Source of the DNA: Mobula hypostoma
Taxonomy: Eukaryota
Length of the DNA: 64,000 nucleotides
NCBI RefSeq assembly: GCF_963921235.1
Contig: NC_086108.1
Location: 24,118,001 to 24,182,000 of the forward strand
Direction: 5' to 3'
In this document: positions 25,011-37,469 of the stretch, piece after piece
Numbering within the stretch: position 1 is the first letter of the stretch
Layout of the letters: each line of letters opens with the position of its first letter
Notes under the pieces: generated by a model
The model's database searches: none
Seen by the model: the letters and a program-made list of their open reading frames with translations, nothing else
What the model was told of the DNA's origin: nothing
Made by a program: the position numbers and the translations under genes

Positions 25011-25554
25011 CCCTCAGCCTGCAGTTAGTTCATAAGCAGTTCAGAATGCATGTTTCCAAAAAATGTCTCCAGATGGCACCAAAAGGCTGTCTGGAAACAT
25101 GACATCAGCTTGCCGGCAAATGGTTATACTTAACAGAACTGTGTGAATTTACGGGAGAGAGAGATGCAATGACTCATCTCAGCCAAGATGGCTGAAAGGG
25201 ACTGCTAAAGTGAGGTCATGTAAAAGTACACAGGCACATCTTCTTGGACAAAAAAGACTAAAGCAGAGTTTAAGAAAGGGCAGATTCAAAGAAATTATTT
25301 CAAGTGCTATTGGTGTCCAGATTCAGAAAGCACTGCTCTAATATTAAAGCAGGAGCTGTCGGGAATCAGTTTTCACACAATAGCAGGGATCTTGTTTCTC
25401 CAGAAAAATAAATTGTTCTAGCTGGATCAAGTGAAAATCTCAAGAACAGAACTCTTACACTTCTCTCAGTTAAGACAAAATAAAAGGCTAGGAATTAAGA
25501 TATGAATCAAATGTGCCTGAATGAAGCTGGAGAGCCAACATTTTACAATATCAA

Positions 25555-25790
25555 TAACCCAGGTACAATTCCTGATGCTGCCTGCAAGGAGTTTCTATGT
25601 TCTCCCTGCGACTGTGGGTTTCCTCTGGGTGGTCCGATTTCTTCCCACAGTGCAAAGACAACCAATCAACCAGTATAATTGATCAATGTAAATTGTCCCA
25701 TGATTAGGCAAGGGTTAAATTGAGGGTTGCAGCGCAGCACAACTCAGAGAGCCATAATGGCCTACTCCGCACGGTATGTCAATAAATAAT
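25555..25790 (+). mobile_element. V-SINE/HE1-like SINE
   Basis: gtgggtttcctctgggtg.tccgatttcttcccacagtgcaaagac V-domain-like core; CR1-like 3' end with AATAAA. Confidence 0.7.
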
Positions 25791-26605
25791 TTAAAGAAAA
25801 AGTTCAGCATGTTCAATGGTTTAATTCTGTTCCAGTATGTTTCTTTCTGACAGAGTGCCCCATTTAACATTTAATAGGTCTTATGTGGGGATGCCTATCT
25901 GACACAGAATTCCATCATATGGTCTTCCACTGCTTCTTGCTGCTTTGACCACTAGTGTAGCTTAGAATATGGTTGTACATTTGCCAATCGCCATAATCTA
26001 TTCTCTTAAAGCCATAGCACAAACAACACATCAGGTACTGTACAATATAGTGTAAAATAGGTTTAATTCTTATGTAAAGAAAATAATTATCATTTCTACA
26101 GCTGCAGTACATTGACGCAGTTCATATATGGAAGTATCTAGAACCGCCATTATTAATGATATAATTTATTAATACAGCCTTAGCATTGACACTGTGGTGT
26201 ATACAATGCAATTTGGGTAGATTGGTCTGAAATAATTTTTAAAATAATCACAATATTGCTAGTTGTATTTTGGCTGGGAAAATATGATTTCGCATAACCA
26301 GTGGCTATGGTCTGTAATTGAAAAGGACATCACTACTACAGGAAGGCTATTAATCTGTAATGTTAATTCTGCTTCATTCTCTACAGATGCTGCCTGATCT
26401 GCTGAGTATTCATGGCTCTCTCTGATCTATATTTGAAACTTCTGGCATCAGGTGTTTTTTTTTTGCATTTCGATAACGATGGTTTATTGAATAGTGAACC
26501 ATCAATTATACCTCACTAAGTCAAATACTAATTACTTTAGGTTCTTATTACATTCAAGTTTATGTTCAGCAAAGCATGAAAAGGAATATGCAAGGCCAGC
26601 CTGAC

Positions 26606-26733
26606 CTGTGAGGTAGTCCGGATCTGGTACAGGCTCAGACAGTTCTTCCTGGCATTGGCTCTCACTGGGCAGAGCTGAGGCAACCATTCCATCTGGCAGT
26701 TGCTGCGGGATGCCAGTCACAAAATTCTTCTGT
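26606..26733 (-). CDS. ASTN1: Internal coding exon of astrotactin-1 (128 bp, phase 2 in / phase 1 out)
   Basis: Minus strand: acceptor ctctctctctcctttAG, then A+CAG AAG AAT...CTC ACA+G, then donor GTcagg. Translation (R)QKNFVTGIPQQLPDGMVASALPSESQCQEELSEPVPDPDYLT(G) is gap-free colinear with human ASTN1 as recalled ([44 protein letters not shown], roughly 60% identity) and fits it better than ASTN2. Confidence 0.9.
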
Positions 26734-27589
26734 CTAAAGGAGAGAGAGAGAGTGGAAATTATAGTCCTTGATGCAAGCAGTTTTCTGAATACAGAAATAT
26801 CAGAATTAGGAAAACATTGACAAATTGATAAGTTAAAACATGTTCAGCATCACTCTGTCTTTTCTTAAAGAATGTAATTAATATTGTGCATTTTTTCACA
26901 CGTTAAAACCAAATGTTTCTCAATTGGAGCATGATATGTAGAAATTAAATTATTTCAAAACACAAGGTATCCATGAATTAATTATGATTTGCATTTCCTA
27001 GCTTGATTATAAGGCCACTATTGCCTCAATCGAGTATTTTTTTGCAATTTATGAAGGACCTTTATATTATTAAAACCTATCAGTCCAACAGGACAGACTG
27101 AAAACTTACAGAATTTGATTAATGGTAGCTCAGAACCAGTTTTCCATTGAGGAGAGATGGAGAGTAGAGACTACCCCACACTGAGTATGCTACTTCCCTA
27201 AACCTGCTGTGAGGAATCTGGATTACTCACCTTTGTATTAATGATTAGAGTTGGAGATCAAAGAACCTGACATGACATGAAGGGATCATTACTGACGTTA
27301 AAGTTCCTAATCTACAACTGATGTCAAAATCCTGGAACATGTCATCAGGAGTCCAGGTTTAGCATCACTTTCATTTCAGAGGAGCGAATTATTTCACTTT
27401 CTAGAAATTGATGGAAATACTGAGCAGATCAGGCAGTGTTAAGATTGTAGCACATTGATCTTTCATATGTTTACATGTGATATATAACACAGCAAAAGCT
27501 ATATTATCTATCCATCCTGATACTTAAGATTTTTCCTCACGTGAATATATCATTCCCATTTTGCTGTAATGCTTATACAGCCTTCTGTA

Positions 27590-28600
27590 CAAAGCATCGA
27601 GAACGCTTTGATTAACTACTCCTTGTGGTATTAAATCTCATCTCACCTTTTTTTTATATAAACTGTATGTTTCTTTTGGAATTCCCTGTTGGATATTATT
27701 TTGGTGGTCGATAGCCTCTAGTTGTGCTGCTTAAAAGTAAAAATTCTTCATGATTTTTTAAGATTTCATACAATATTGAAGATGTCTCACATAATGGAAA
27801 ATAAATCTGGTCTATTGCTCTATTTCTGCTTTATATACTCTTACATTTCTGGTATTATCCTTGTAAATCTTCTCTGTACCCTTTATCTTATAATGCTGTG
27901 ACCAGAACTGTACATAGCACTCCAAATGTGATCTAATCAGGGTTCCAAAAGACAACATAATTTTGCCACTTTTTGATTCTGTCCTCTAAAATCAACTGGA
28001 AGTATTTGGTTTTCTTTATTGTTTTTCATGGTAGTGCAGTTTTTTTAAAAAAAATCATTGATGTATCCGTATTCCCTTTGCGTTTCAACCTACCAGACTG
28101 CTAGCTTCCCAGTAATATGTGACCTCATGTCTCTCACAACATTGTACTGCTTTTTACATCTCTGCCAATCACATGTCCAGTCTGGATGTTTATGAATGTT
28201 CTGCAGTAATATATTGCAGTATAACTCCTAGCAACATTTAATTTAGTATCTTTGATCCCATGGTCAGAAGTTTTATTGCAAATTGTGAACAGCTGTGGTC
28301 CCAAACTGCTCCTTGTGGCGCACTATTACACGTTTTATTTCTCTCAATGCTACTCTTTATTCCCACTCTCTGTATCCTGTTTTAAAGCCAGAGATCCTGA
28401 CTCTGCGTCCTCTGACCATATTCATTCGTCTATTTGGTGGTATCTTATTAAACACCTTTAGAAGGTCTGGATTTTATTCCTTCCTACTGCATTACCACAA
28501 TCTCCCTTCTAAATTTCCATCACAAAAGACCTTTCTTTGTGAAATCAATGCTGACCATCCATTGTTAACCTTTTTGAATCTTCTCATAGAGTTCTGATAA
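27590..28600 (-). mobile_element. Very old CR1 remnant
   Basis: gaccagaactgtacatagcactccaaatgtg (reverse of PHLECYVQFW-like) and other weak ORF2 remnants. Confidence 0.45.
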
Positions 28601-28749
28601 AATAATACATAGCCAAAGCATTAATTTCTTCTCTCTCCACAGATGTAGCTGACCTCTTGAGTATTTCTAGCAACCTAATCCTGTACTTCATACATTGCTA
28701 CAACAACACAGTCCCAAGCAGTTGCAGGTGAAAGTACAATTCTTCACCA

Positions 28750-30450
28750 GAACACAAGAAAATAGGAGCAGGAGTAGACCCCCAGGCCCCTCAAGCCTAC
28801 CCTAACATTCAGTATGATCATGGCTGTTCTATGCTGGCCTCACATTCTCTTTTGTGCCAGTTCCCAATAACCCTTAGTCCCTCAACCTTTCTGATATTTG
28901 TCCATCTCCACCTTAAATACATCTAATAATTTGTCTGCTATCACCACCAATGGTAGAGAATTCCAAAGATTCACTATCTCTCAGAGAACAAATCTCAATG
29001 CACCTCAGTTTTAAATGACCAGTCCCTTAACTTGTAGTTATCTCCCACTGTTCATGAATCTCCCACTAACAGCAACATCCCAATCTGTACTTTGTTCTCA
29101 AGTCATCTTAAGATCTTGTATGTTTGTATAAGGTCATCCCTCAATCTTCCATACTTGAAGAAATCTAGACTGAAACTCTCTTGACAGTACTGTCCTCTCA
29201 TTCCAGGAATTAGCTTGGTGGTTCTGCTTTCATTGCCATGGCTATTCCTCAAGGTCAAGAATGATGGTCTTCATTCTGTTGATCTATTTATGGACTCTCA
29301 AGTGGCTTATGAGTCCAATCTTGGCTTTGAAAGTTCTCCCACATTCAGGACAGGTATTTCCAGATGGCAGATCGGGCTTTGGTTGTTGCTGCCTCTCTTT
29401 CCATTTTCTTCTCTTTTCTTCTAACTCTGCACATCTGTTGGCTTCAAAAGTTGCTGTTCCTCCTCGGATGATGGCTTGCCAGAGTTTCCTGTCCTTGGCA
29501 TTGGTTTCCCAATTGTTGATATCAATGTTACATTTCTTCGTGTTGTCTTTTAAGACGTCTTTGAATCTCTTCTGTCGTCCGCCTCTTTTACGTTTGCCTT
29601 CTTTAAGCTGGGAGTAGAAGATTTGTTTCGGCAGACGTTCGTCTTTCATCTGAACAACATGACCACTCCATCTTAGTTGGTTCTTGATGACGTAGGCTTC
29701 AATGCTTGTTGTTTTTGCTTCATTTAGCACACTGACGTTGGTTCTTCTATCTTCCCAGCTGATATTTAAGATGTTTTGAAGACAGCGTTGATGGAACTTT
29801 TCAAGTGCCTTCAGATGTCGTCGGTATGTTGTCCAGGTTTCTGATGCATACAGGAGCATTGGGATTTCCACTGATTTTCCCTGTTTTTCCCTGTTTCCCT
29901 GAATTTCCCTGTTAGCAACAGCAGGAAAGATCCTCACCCGCATCATGAACAACCGGCTCAAGCCTTTAGCTGAGAAGATCCTTCTGGAGACACAAGCTGG
30001 TTTTAGACCATCACGTGGAGCAATTGACATGTTCTTCACAATGCGACAACTACAAGAAAAATGTTGTGAACAACTTCAACCTTTGTACATGGCATTCATC
30101 AACCTCACCAAAGCCTTTGGCTCAGTATCAAGGGAACTCCTGTGGGATGTCCTATCCACCTATGGATGCCCTGAAAAGTACATTTGAATCTTGGTTCTGC
30201 TTTGCACTGTCTCCAATGCTACTATGTTTTAGGTAAGGGGACTGAAACTGTGCAGAGTATACCAGCTTGATCTCACCAACATCCTGTATGACTGTAGCAA
30301 AACCTCTCTATTCTTAAACTCCAATCATTTTACAATACAGGGTAACATACTGTTTATCTTTGTGTTGGATTTGCCTGTTAAAATTATAATTTGTAGATGA
30401 CAATACTTAAATGTCTCTGAACTTCTCTCCATTTAGATAATGATCTGCTT
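28750..30450 (-). mobile_element. Old CR1 3' fragment interrupted by an RTE insertion
   Basis: Reverse 3' UTR (aaataggagcaggagtag) at 28760; ORF2 remnants resume after 30192. Confidence 0.65.
29231..30191 (-). mobile_element. RTE LINE insertion with inverted 5' segment and 12-bp TSD
   Basis: Minus 29231-29873: LLYASETW...QLRWSGHV...CPECGRTFKAKIGLISHLRVH. Plus 29901-30191: ISLLATAGKIL...QAGFRPSRG...LTKAF. TGGTTCTGCTTT at 29219-29230 and 30192-30203. Confidence 0.9.
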
Positions 30451-30699
30451 TTTCATGTGAATCTTACAGTATGTACTACACAAGGACTCCCTGGTGTGTT
30501 TCAATTTTTTTTGTTGACTCGTTAATGCTTATGAGTCTCGAGGGGGACCTCTCCTTAAATTCTGTGGCAGATTTAGTATCTTGATAACCTGAAAATTTAA
30601 TTGCGTAGTGCTTAATTTTCAGTATTATGCAAATATTTTCCCCAGAACATTACATGCATTAATGACCACCCCCAAAGTCATTTAGCTTCAATTTATAAA

Positions 30700-31400
30700 T
30701 TCTACCATGCACTAATGGGCTTAAACCAGGTTGTGACCGATCATGATTTGCACATCAGTCACACTTACAAATGAACCAGCATACAGAGAGGAGGTGCAGA
30801 AACTGTCTGAATGGTGCAATAACTATGGCCTTTCAGTGAACATCAGAAACAACAAAGAACTTATTACCGACTTCAGGAGATCAAGAAAATATGAATAAAC
30901 TCCACTACTCAAATGGTGAAGCAGTGGAAAGGGTCTCCAGCTTAAAAGTTCTTGGGAGTGAACATCACAGTGGCGCTCTCTTGGACCACCAGCACCACTG
31001 ATGGTAGGGAAAGCGCCTATATGATCTTAGAAATTTAAAGAGAGCAAATCTGCTTCAAAAGCTGCTGGTAAACTTTTATGCCAATGTGCCATTAGGAGCA
31101 TACTGACCCACTGCATTGACAGCATGATTCACTAGCTGGAACAAGCTAGTTGAAAGCACTTCAACGAGTGATCTGGATTGATGTATGGAACATCATTGTA
31201 CAAAACTACCAGATATGGAAACTATCTACAGTTCACACTGCCTATGATGAAATGCACTCATCTCACCACAGTAATCACCTGTTCCATCTCCTACCATCTG
31301 GCAGGAGATACAGAAACATCTTTGCATGGGCATCCAGACTGTAAAACAGCTTTCTTCCCCAGGGCTGTCGTGAAACTGAACAATTCCCTTCCCAACCATA
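30700..31400 (+). mobile_element. Degenerate Rex1/Babar fragment
   Basis: KELITDFRR and HLFHLLPSGRRYRNI remnants. Confidence 0.75.
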
Positions 31401-32269
31401 GCCCATAGGCACTATGGATAATCTCTAAGTACGAGACATAGGCAGTGCAATATTTGGGTTCAGATGGGGCAGCTACCCTCCTTTGATTTCAGAGCTCTTG
31501 GTTTTTTTAAAATTCAGCTTTAATTCTTGAAGTTATTTTATATTTAGTCATTGTATTTTATAACATTGACATGTGCAATACTTGAATCGGACAACCACAA
31601 TTTCTTTTAATTTTAGAGTTGTTTGTTTTTAATTCATTTGTAACTCAGATGTCATTCTAAATAACTCAGATGTTATTTTAAATCTAGTCATTGTGTTTTT
31701 AGTTATTGAGTTGCCAGTATGCAGTTTTGCATTGAATGGATTAGAACTGGAATCTCATTGTCCTCGCCACTGACAAAAAAACTCTTAACAAGTGTTGATG
31801 TTATATTGGGTGTGGCTTGTTTTGGCCAGCTGATGTATTTTCCTAATTACTTCAGGTTTGATGGAGTTCAAATTACCTTGGTCACATGGGTAGTTTAGCA
31901 ATATTTTATCGACTTTTGTTTCAGTTCAGTAAATCAATGCTCCAAGGCCAAGTGAACGTATGTATTCTCCACAGCATAAGTCCAGGGACCACCCAATACA
32001 CCACACTGGAAACAAGGGTGGATGCCTTCAGCAAGAGTAAGCATTACTGGAGTGAGATTAGTAAACCTCTGAATTAAAGAAACCACACATAACCAAATCC
32101 CTTTGTACTGAGGCAAGTAAAAGGGACTCGAGGTGTGTTGGCAGAAGTAACACAAACAGAGCTCAGTGGCAGAATAAGAAAATATTATAAAAAAACAATC
32201 AATCTTTAGCACTTTGAAGGATTGGTTTTGGTCTCCAATTCCTTGTAAGTGCCCTGTAAGTGAGCAGAG

Positions 32270-32600
32270 TGTTTCTGCTGGTAGAGCAGTTACTGCAGTT
32301 CCAGAGACTGGAATTCAATCCTCACCTCTGATATCTCTGGAGAACTTGTACATTCTGCCCATGATTGTGTGGGTTTTCTTTTAGATGCTTCAATTTCCTC
32401 TCCCATCCTGAACAGGTGCAGGTTGGTAGGTTAACTGGTGGCTGCAACTTGTTCCTAGATTAGGTGGATGCGATTTTCTGGAGGTGGAGTCGATGTGAAT
32501 GTGGGGAGAATACTGTACTGGGAAGTTAATGGGGAACAGCGAGCCACCAAAGACTTGCTTGGAGAAAATGGATATTGATGGTTATCAATGGGTGCCTACA
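32270..32600 (+). mobile_element. Old V-SINE-like SINE
   Basis: tRNA-like head (agagactggaattcaatcc) and gtgtgggttttc...tttcctctcccatcc core. Confidence 0.55.
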
Positions 32601-33039
32601 TTGTACTTGTTGACCTTGAATATGGTGGTAAACCTTGAGAACATGTATTACAAGGCTCAGGAAGAGCTTTTATCCACCATCATGACTTTGAATGGAATTC
32701 TTATGCAATAAAGATGAACTCTTGATTTCTCAACTCACCTTGCCATCACCATTGCACTTTTTGTCTTCTTGTTCTGCACTTTCTCTAGAATTGTAACACA
32801 ATATTCTGCATTGCTTTTCAATCTTCTTTTATTACTCAATTACTGTACCCACTCTATGACACTACCCTCTGATAAGATCGGTTCTCAGCGACTTTCGGGA
32901 AATCATGGGCCACTCTAGAGTCATTTCCTGTTGAAGGCAACCAAGGATGATGAAATTCATCATCGCATTCTATGTTCCAGGGAAGCCTTTTGTCACTCTA
33001 AGATAAAGTTGTTTAAGACCTGAGACCCAGCTCCATGCT

Positions 33040-33610
33040 TAAAGTAATCTGGGCAGCAGTAATCCCTGCTGTGCTTCTAATTTACAGCAGGCACTTTCAG
33101 TCACTTAAAGATATTACTAATGCTTTACTAATGCTTTTTCCACATCATCTACCAAATTCTTGAAAGAATAAAGAAAAGTAACGTCAGTGTTTTCTCCCAA
33201 AAGCACACATCCCCATCACTGGGGCATAAGTTACACTCAGTAATGTTGAGTATGTTGAGCATACCATGTTGTTCATACATACGAAACCAGACTCCTGACA
33301 CAAAAGTTGTACTTCCAACTCCATCACAGGGAGAGGTCAGCAGGCCGATGGAGGAAAATACTCAAAGCCTCCTCGGGAAGTGGATGAGCAACAGTTGGTA
33401 TGGAGTTAATAACCTTACGGCAATGCATCAGGAACTCACAGAGTCTCTGTGTAATTAAAGAAACACACCAGTTCACAAACTATCGGCTTCTCTTGCTCTA
33501 CCTGTGGAAGAATCTGTGGTTCCAACTTTGTCATTATTGGTCATCCCAGAATCCACAAAACTGGAATATAAGCAAGTCATCCTCAATGCTAAAGGACTGC
33601 CTAAAAAGAG
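33040..33610 (+). mobile_element. Old RTE 3' fragment
   Basis: gcagcagtaatccctgctgtgct (AVIPAVL) and acctgtggaagaatctgtggttcc (TCGRICGS) remnants. Confidence 0.5.
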
Positions 33611-35989
33611 GATTGGCTCAACTAAAAAAGCCTAATGGATTTCCATTCCTGAAGGACAGATAGAATCTAAAGAAGTTTCCATAACACTCTGATAATTTTT
33701 CGGCCATCAATAATTATGCATTAAAATCACACAAAAATAGAATTATATTATTTAAAATTAATTTCCACAGCTGCTGCGGTGGGATTTGAATTAGGTCTGT
33801 AGATTGTTAGTCCAGGTTATCTGCTTTACTAGTCCTGTGATTTAAGTCAATAACCATATGTAGAAGTCTTCATTATGCACCATAAAATTCTTCAATGTAA
33901 AAGAAGTATTGAGCAATTTGTTTTCACAGGTTTTCTGTCAGTGAATCATGTTAACGATCAGTGATGCAACATTTGTTAAAATGGCGATATAATTTTTTAA
34001 TTCACTTTCAAACAATGGTCCGTCAAATAAACAGTGTCACCTGGCAGCTGTGGAATTACATACAGGTCCCGAATTCAGATTTCCTAAACTTGATTTTAAA
34101 ATCATAGTTCTTACATCTTACATCTGCCCACAGACTGTGCAATTTTGCACTGGAATTTGATTAGGGAGTTACAAAAACAATGCAAATCCTTCAGATTATC
34201 TGGGATGCATGTGAAAAGGGAAAAGACTGGGGAAACAGAGTGAAAAATTGCAGAAAGTCATGAAGCATCAAATGAGTTAGAGCAATACATTCAATATAAG
34301 GTCAATTTAGCAGCTGTTTTAGCGAAGGGGGTAAGAAAGATTGGATTAAAAAAGTGAGTTGGAAGGGACAAAGAATAAACAACAAAAAGTCACCCACAAT
34401 TAAATACTGAAGTGCGAGTGGACTTTTACTGTCTAAATCTTTTAGTCTGTTTTCCACATAAGTATCACAATTTCACCCATTTTCCAGAAACTTCACTGCA
34501 GGTTTACAGTACTGAACTCTTGATGCAATCCCGAGATTATTGCATACGTGTGGACACCATTCATTTCAATGTCAGCTTCAGTGAAGGCTGATAGCTTCAA
34601 AGTTACCAAATGGTCAGGTGTGTACTTTGAGTTCATTGGTATTGCAACATCAAAGCAATCTATAGTTTCCTATACTGTCAGATTGTTGATTGTAAGGTTA
34701 AGTCATCATTGAGGACGTTACAACTGAGCCTCAGAAACAATTAAATAACTTTCTGAACAGAAAGAAGATTGAGGGATTTTATGAAAACGTCTCTAGTTTT
34801 TGTCTTTGTTGTTTCATAAATTTCGCTTTTTGAAAAGTGCATCTGATGAGCTCTCTGTCAGTTGTAAAAATTAGTGAAAGCTCAAGAGGGCTGTTGATTA
34901 AATTCATTATTTCAAAAAAATTAAAGCTGCACAACAATAAATTGTACAACCTCCACACTGAATAAGCTCAGCTGATTCACGACCAGGTGTTAGATATTCT
35001 AGGGAATCAAATCATCTCCCAAAAATTACTTTGTTCCATCTCAGAGGACCGCACCTTGTTCTGGAGATGAGATGGAAGAACCAAGATACGATTACTGAGC
35101 TCTGCCCCATGTTCCATGACGCTGGCCCTAATTACGTTTGTACATCACATGGACTGGTTGACTGACTACAATTGCGTATGTTATCGTGGGATGCAATTCA
35201 GATGCTTTGTAAGGTGAAAGCATCAATGAAGGTACAATACAATAAGATATCAGAGGAATTAAAAATAACTCATCCAAGTTACACTTCAAGAGTTATGATA
35301 TGTAAAAAATAATTTTGAAACTCAAGAGGAATCTTTGTTTCCTGTTCAGCTATGTGGTTGGATAGATCAAAAGTTTTTCTATTAATTTAGATACAGAATT
35401 TACCTGTTAATTTCAAAGTCTGCTCTTCCTCTGAGCATCTGGACTAAATCCTCCCAGAAGGAAAACACTGAGAAAAGCAGATAAACTATATTTTAGACGA
35501 TAAATGCCGAAGCAAATACAAATACTGAAAATATCCTGAAGGAGGAGAGTGACCACTAGTTGTGGTCTGAAGCAGTGCCAATAATATATGTAGAACAAAG
35601 GTTGAGGACCTGTAAGCAGATGATTGGGATCTAGGAGAGAGATTCAAAAGCAGGTCTATAAAGGCAGTATTACTCAAGTGTAGAAACAGCAGAATAATGC
35701 AAGTGACTGTGTAGTTGGAGAATTCCAGATAAATTAGGCATTAGAACTATTTCTAAGGCATGTGGTACCTGTATAAATTGATTTTTTTTTTTACCTAGGC
35801 AAGACTGGAATTCATATTCACACAGGAAAGAGGTGCAGGGGTGAGAAGAGGTTGTGTTTAAGGGATGAAAGTTCAAAGAGAATTCAGGAAGGAGAAAAAT
35901 GAAGCAGGAAATGGCAGCTTAAAAGTGTTAAACAAAATAAAAAGATGTCAGAAGCAAAGATAATTAGAAAAAGGAGTCAAAGTTCAAAA

Positions 35990-37195
35990 GATGATAAAAA
36001 CTAAAGTCACTGTATCTGAATAGCTGCAGCACCTACAACAAAGTCAATTAACAACATGGAATAAAAGGAATGGGAGCATGGCTGCAGGTGACAGGTGGAT
36101 GTCTTCCATTTTCCTTCTGAGTAAAATTTGGATTAAATTCAGAAACAGCAAAGGACAGAGCTAATAGCAATTACAGGCCACCAAAGAGTAGATATGACAT
36201 TGGGTATGAAATGTACCAAGGAGAATGTAAGAATTTATTGTTATTTTAAGAGAATTTAATACACTTATAGACTGTATAAATGAATGGTAATGTTGACTAT
36301 GAATCGCAGAATGTATAAAAAGATTTCCAGGATAATGTGTTGACGAAACAACAAGCTAAAGGGTATTTCTGAACAACGGGAAAGGGTTAATCTTGATCAT
36401 CTTGTAAAAGAGGTCTTTAGGATGTGTGACCATACAATGACAGAATTTTGCATTAAGTTTTAAGTCTTAAACTATGGTCTTAAATGCAAGGAAAATTATC
36501 GATGTACAACAGGAGAACTGGCTGCAGATTATTAGGAGAACACACTGAAAGATATACAGATAGACAGGCAATGAGACATAGTCCAATTAATACTTTCAAG
36601 GCACAAAACCCAACAGAAGAGGTTGTCAGGAGAAATTAAGAAAGGGCACCCTATGTGAAGAAGAAGCACATGCAGTTCCTGGAAATAGAAGATGGTCTGA
36701 TGTTTGGGAGCATTTCAAAACTTAAAAAAATGACTAACACATCATAAAGAATGTCAGTATAAAGATCAAGTGATTCTATGGGGACTGATAAAGATAAAAA
36801 CTTACAAGGGAAAATGTGGGCATTTTACAGATAGAAATAGGGTAAATTATAATAAGAAATATGGAACTTAAAAGAGAAGCTAAGCAATAATTTTGTATCT
36901 GTCTTCATGGAAGACACAATAAACCTGAAATACTAGAGGGTCCATTGCGAGCGAGAAACTGAAGGAATTAAGTATATAAAAAGTCATACTAGAGAGGATA
37001 ATGAGACTAAAGCTTGATAAATCCCAAGGACCCAAGTATCTACATCACAGACCTTTGTAACAGGTTGCTATGGTAATAATAGATTCCTTAGCTAACAGCT
37101 TCCAAAATACAGTAGGTCCTCATATTGTTCCTGTGGATTGGGAGAGCAAGTGTGATACAAGAGAGTAAAGAAGGACTACTGATCTGATAACCTTA
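35990..37195 (+). mobile_element. Old CR1 endonuclease/linker remnant
   Basis: LYLN, YRPP, CDH and LKLDKSQGP-like remnants in order. Confidence 0.55.
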
Positions 37196-37343
37196 CATAG
37201 AATATCTAGTTGTCCAGAACAGAAATGGGTCCTTCAGCCAAACATGCTCATGCCAGACATTTTGACAATCTACGCTTTCATTTGTTGAACAAAACAGAAA
37301 GTTTGTATCTTTTTTTATATGACAGGAGATTGGCTAATATGGT

Positions 37344-37440
37344 AACACACATCAAAGTTGCTGGTGAATGCAGCAAGGCAGGCAGCATCTCTAGGAAGAG
37401 GTGCAGTCGATGTTTCAGGCCGAGACCCTTCGTCAGTCCT
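37344..37440 (-). mobile_element. Penelope-derived short repeat with best-preserved hammerhead core
   Basis: Minus strand 37436-37404: CTGACGA-AGGGTCTCGGCCT-GAAA-CATC-GACTG. Confidence 0.75.
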
Positions 37441-37469
37441 GGGCCTTGCGCATAGGTAAAATTACAAGA

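Noticed and set aside
26360..26475. Hammerhead motifs in repeats next to the exon (also 28615-28680, 42345-42450)
   Set aside because: Related to the Penelope-derived family, but the CUGANGA/GAAA core is missing or unrecognisable.
27222..27300. Strong minus-strand donor AAG|GTGAGTA near 27230
   Set aside because: Upstream frames do not resemble the preceding ASTN1 exon; probably a chance motif.
29284..30039. Longest ORF (251 aa) as a novel zinc-finger gene
   Set aside because: A chimera across the RTE inversion junction: antisense RT sequence fused to the RTE C-terminus.
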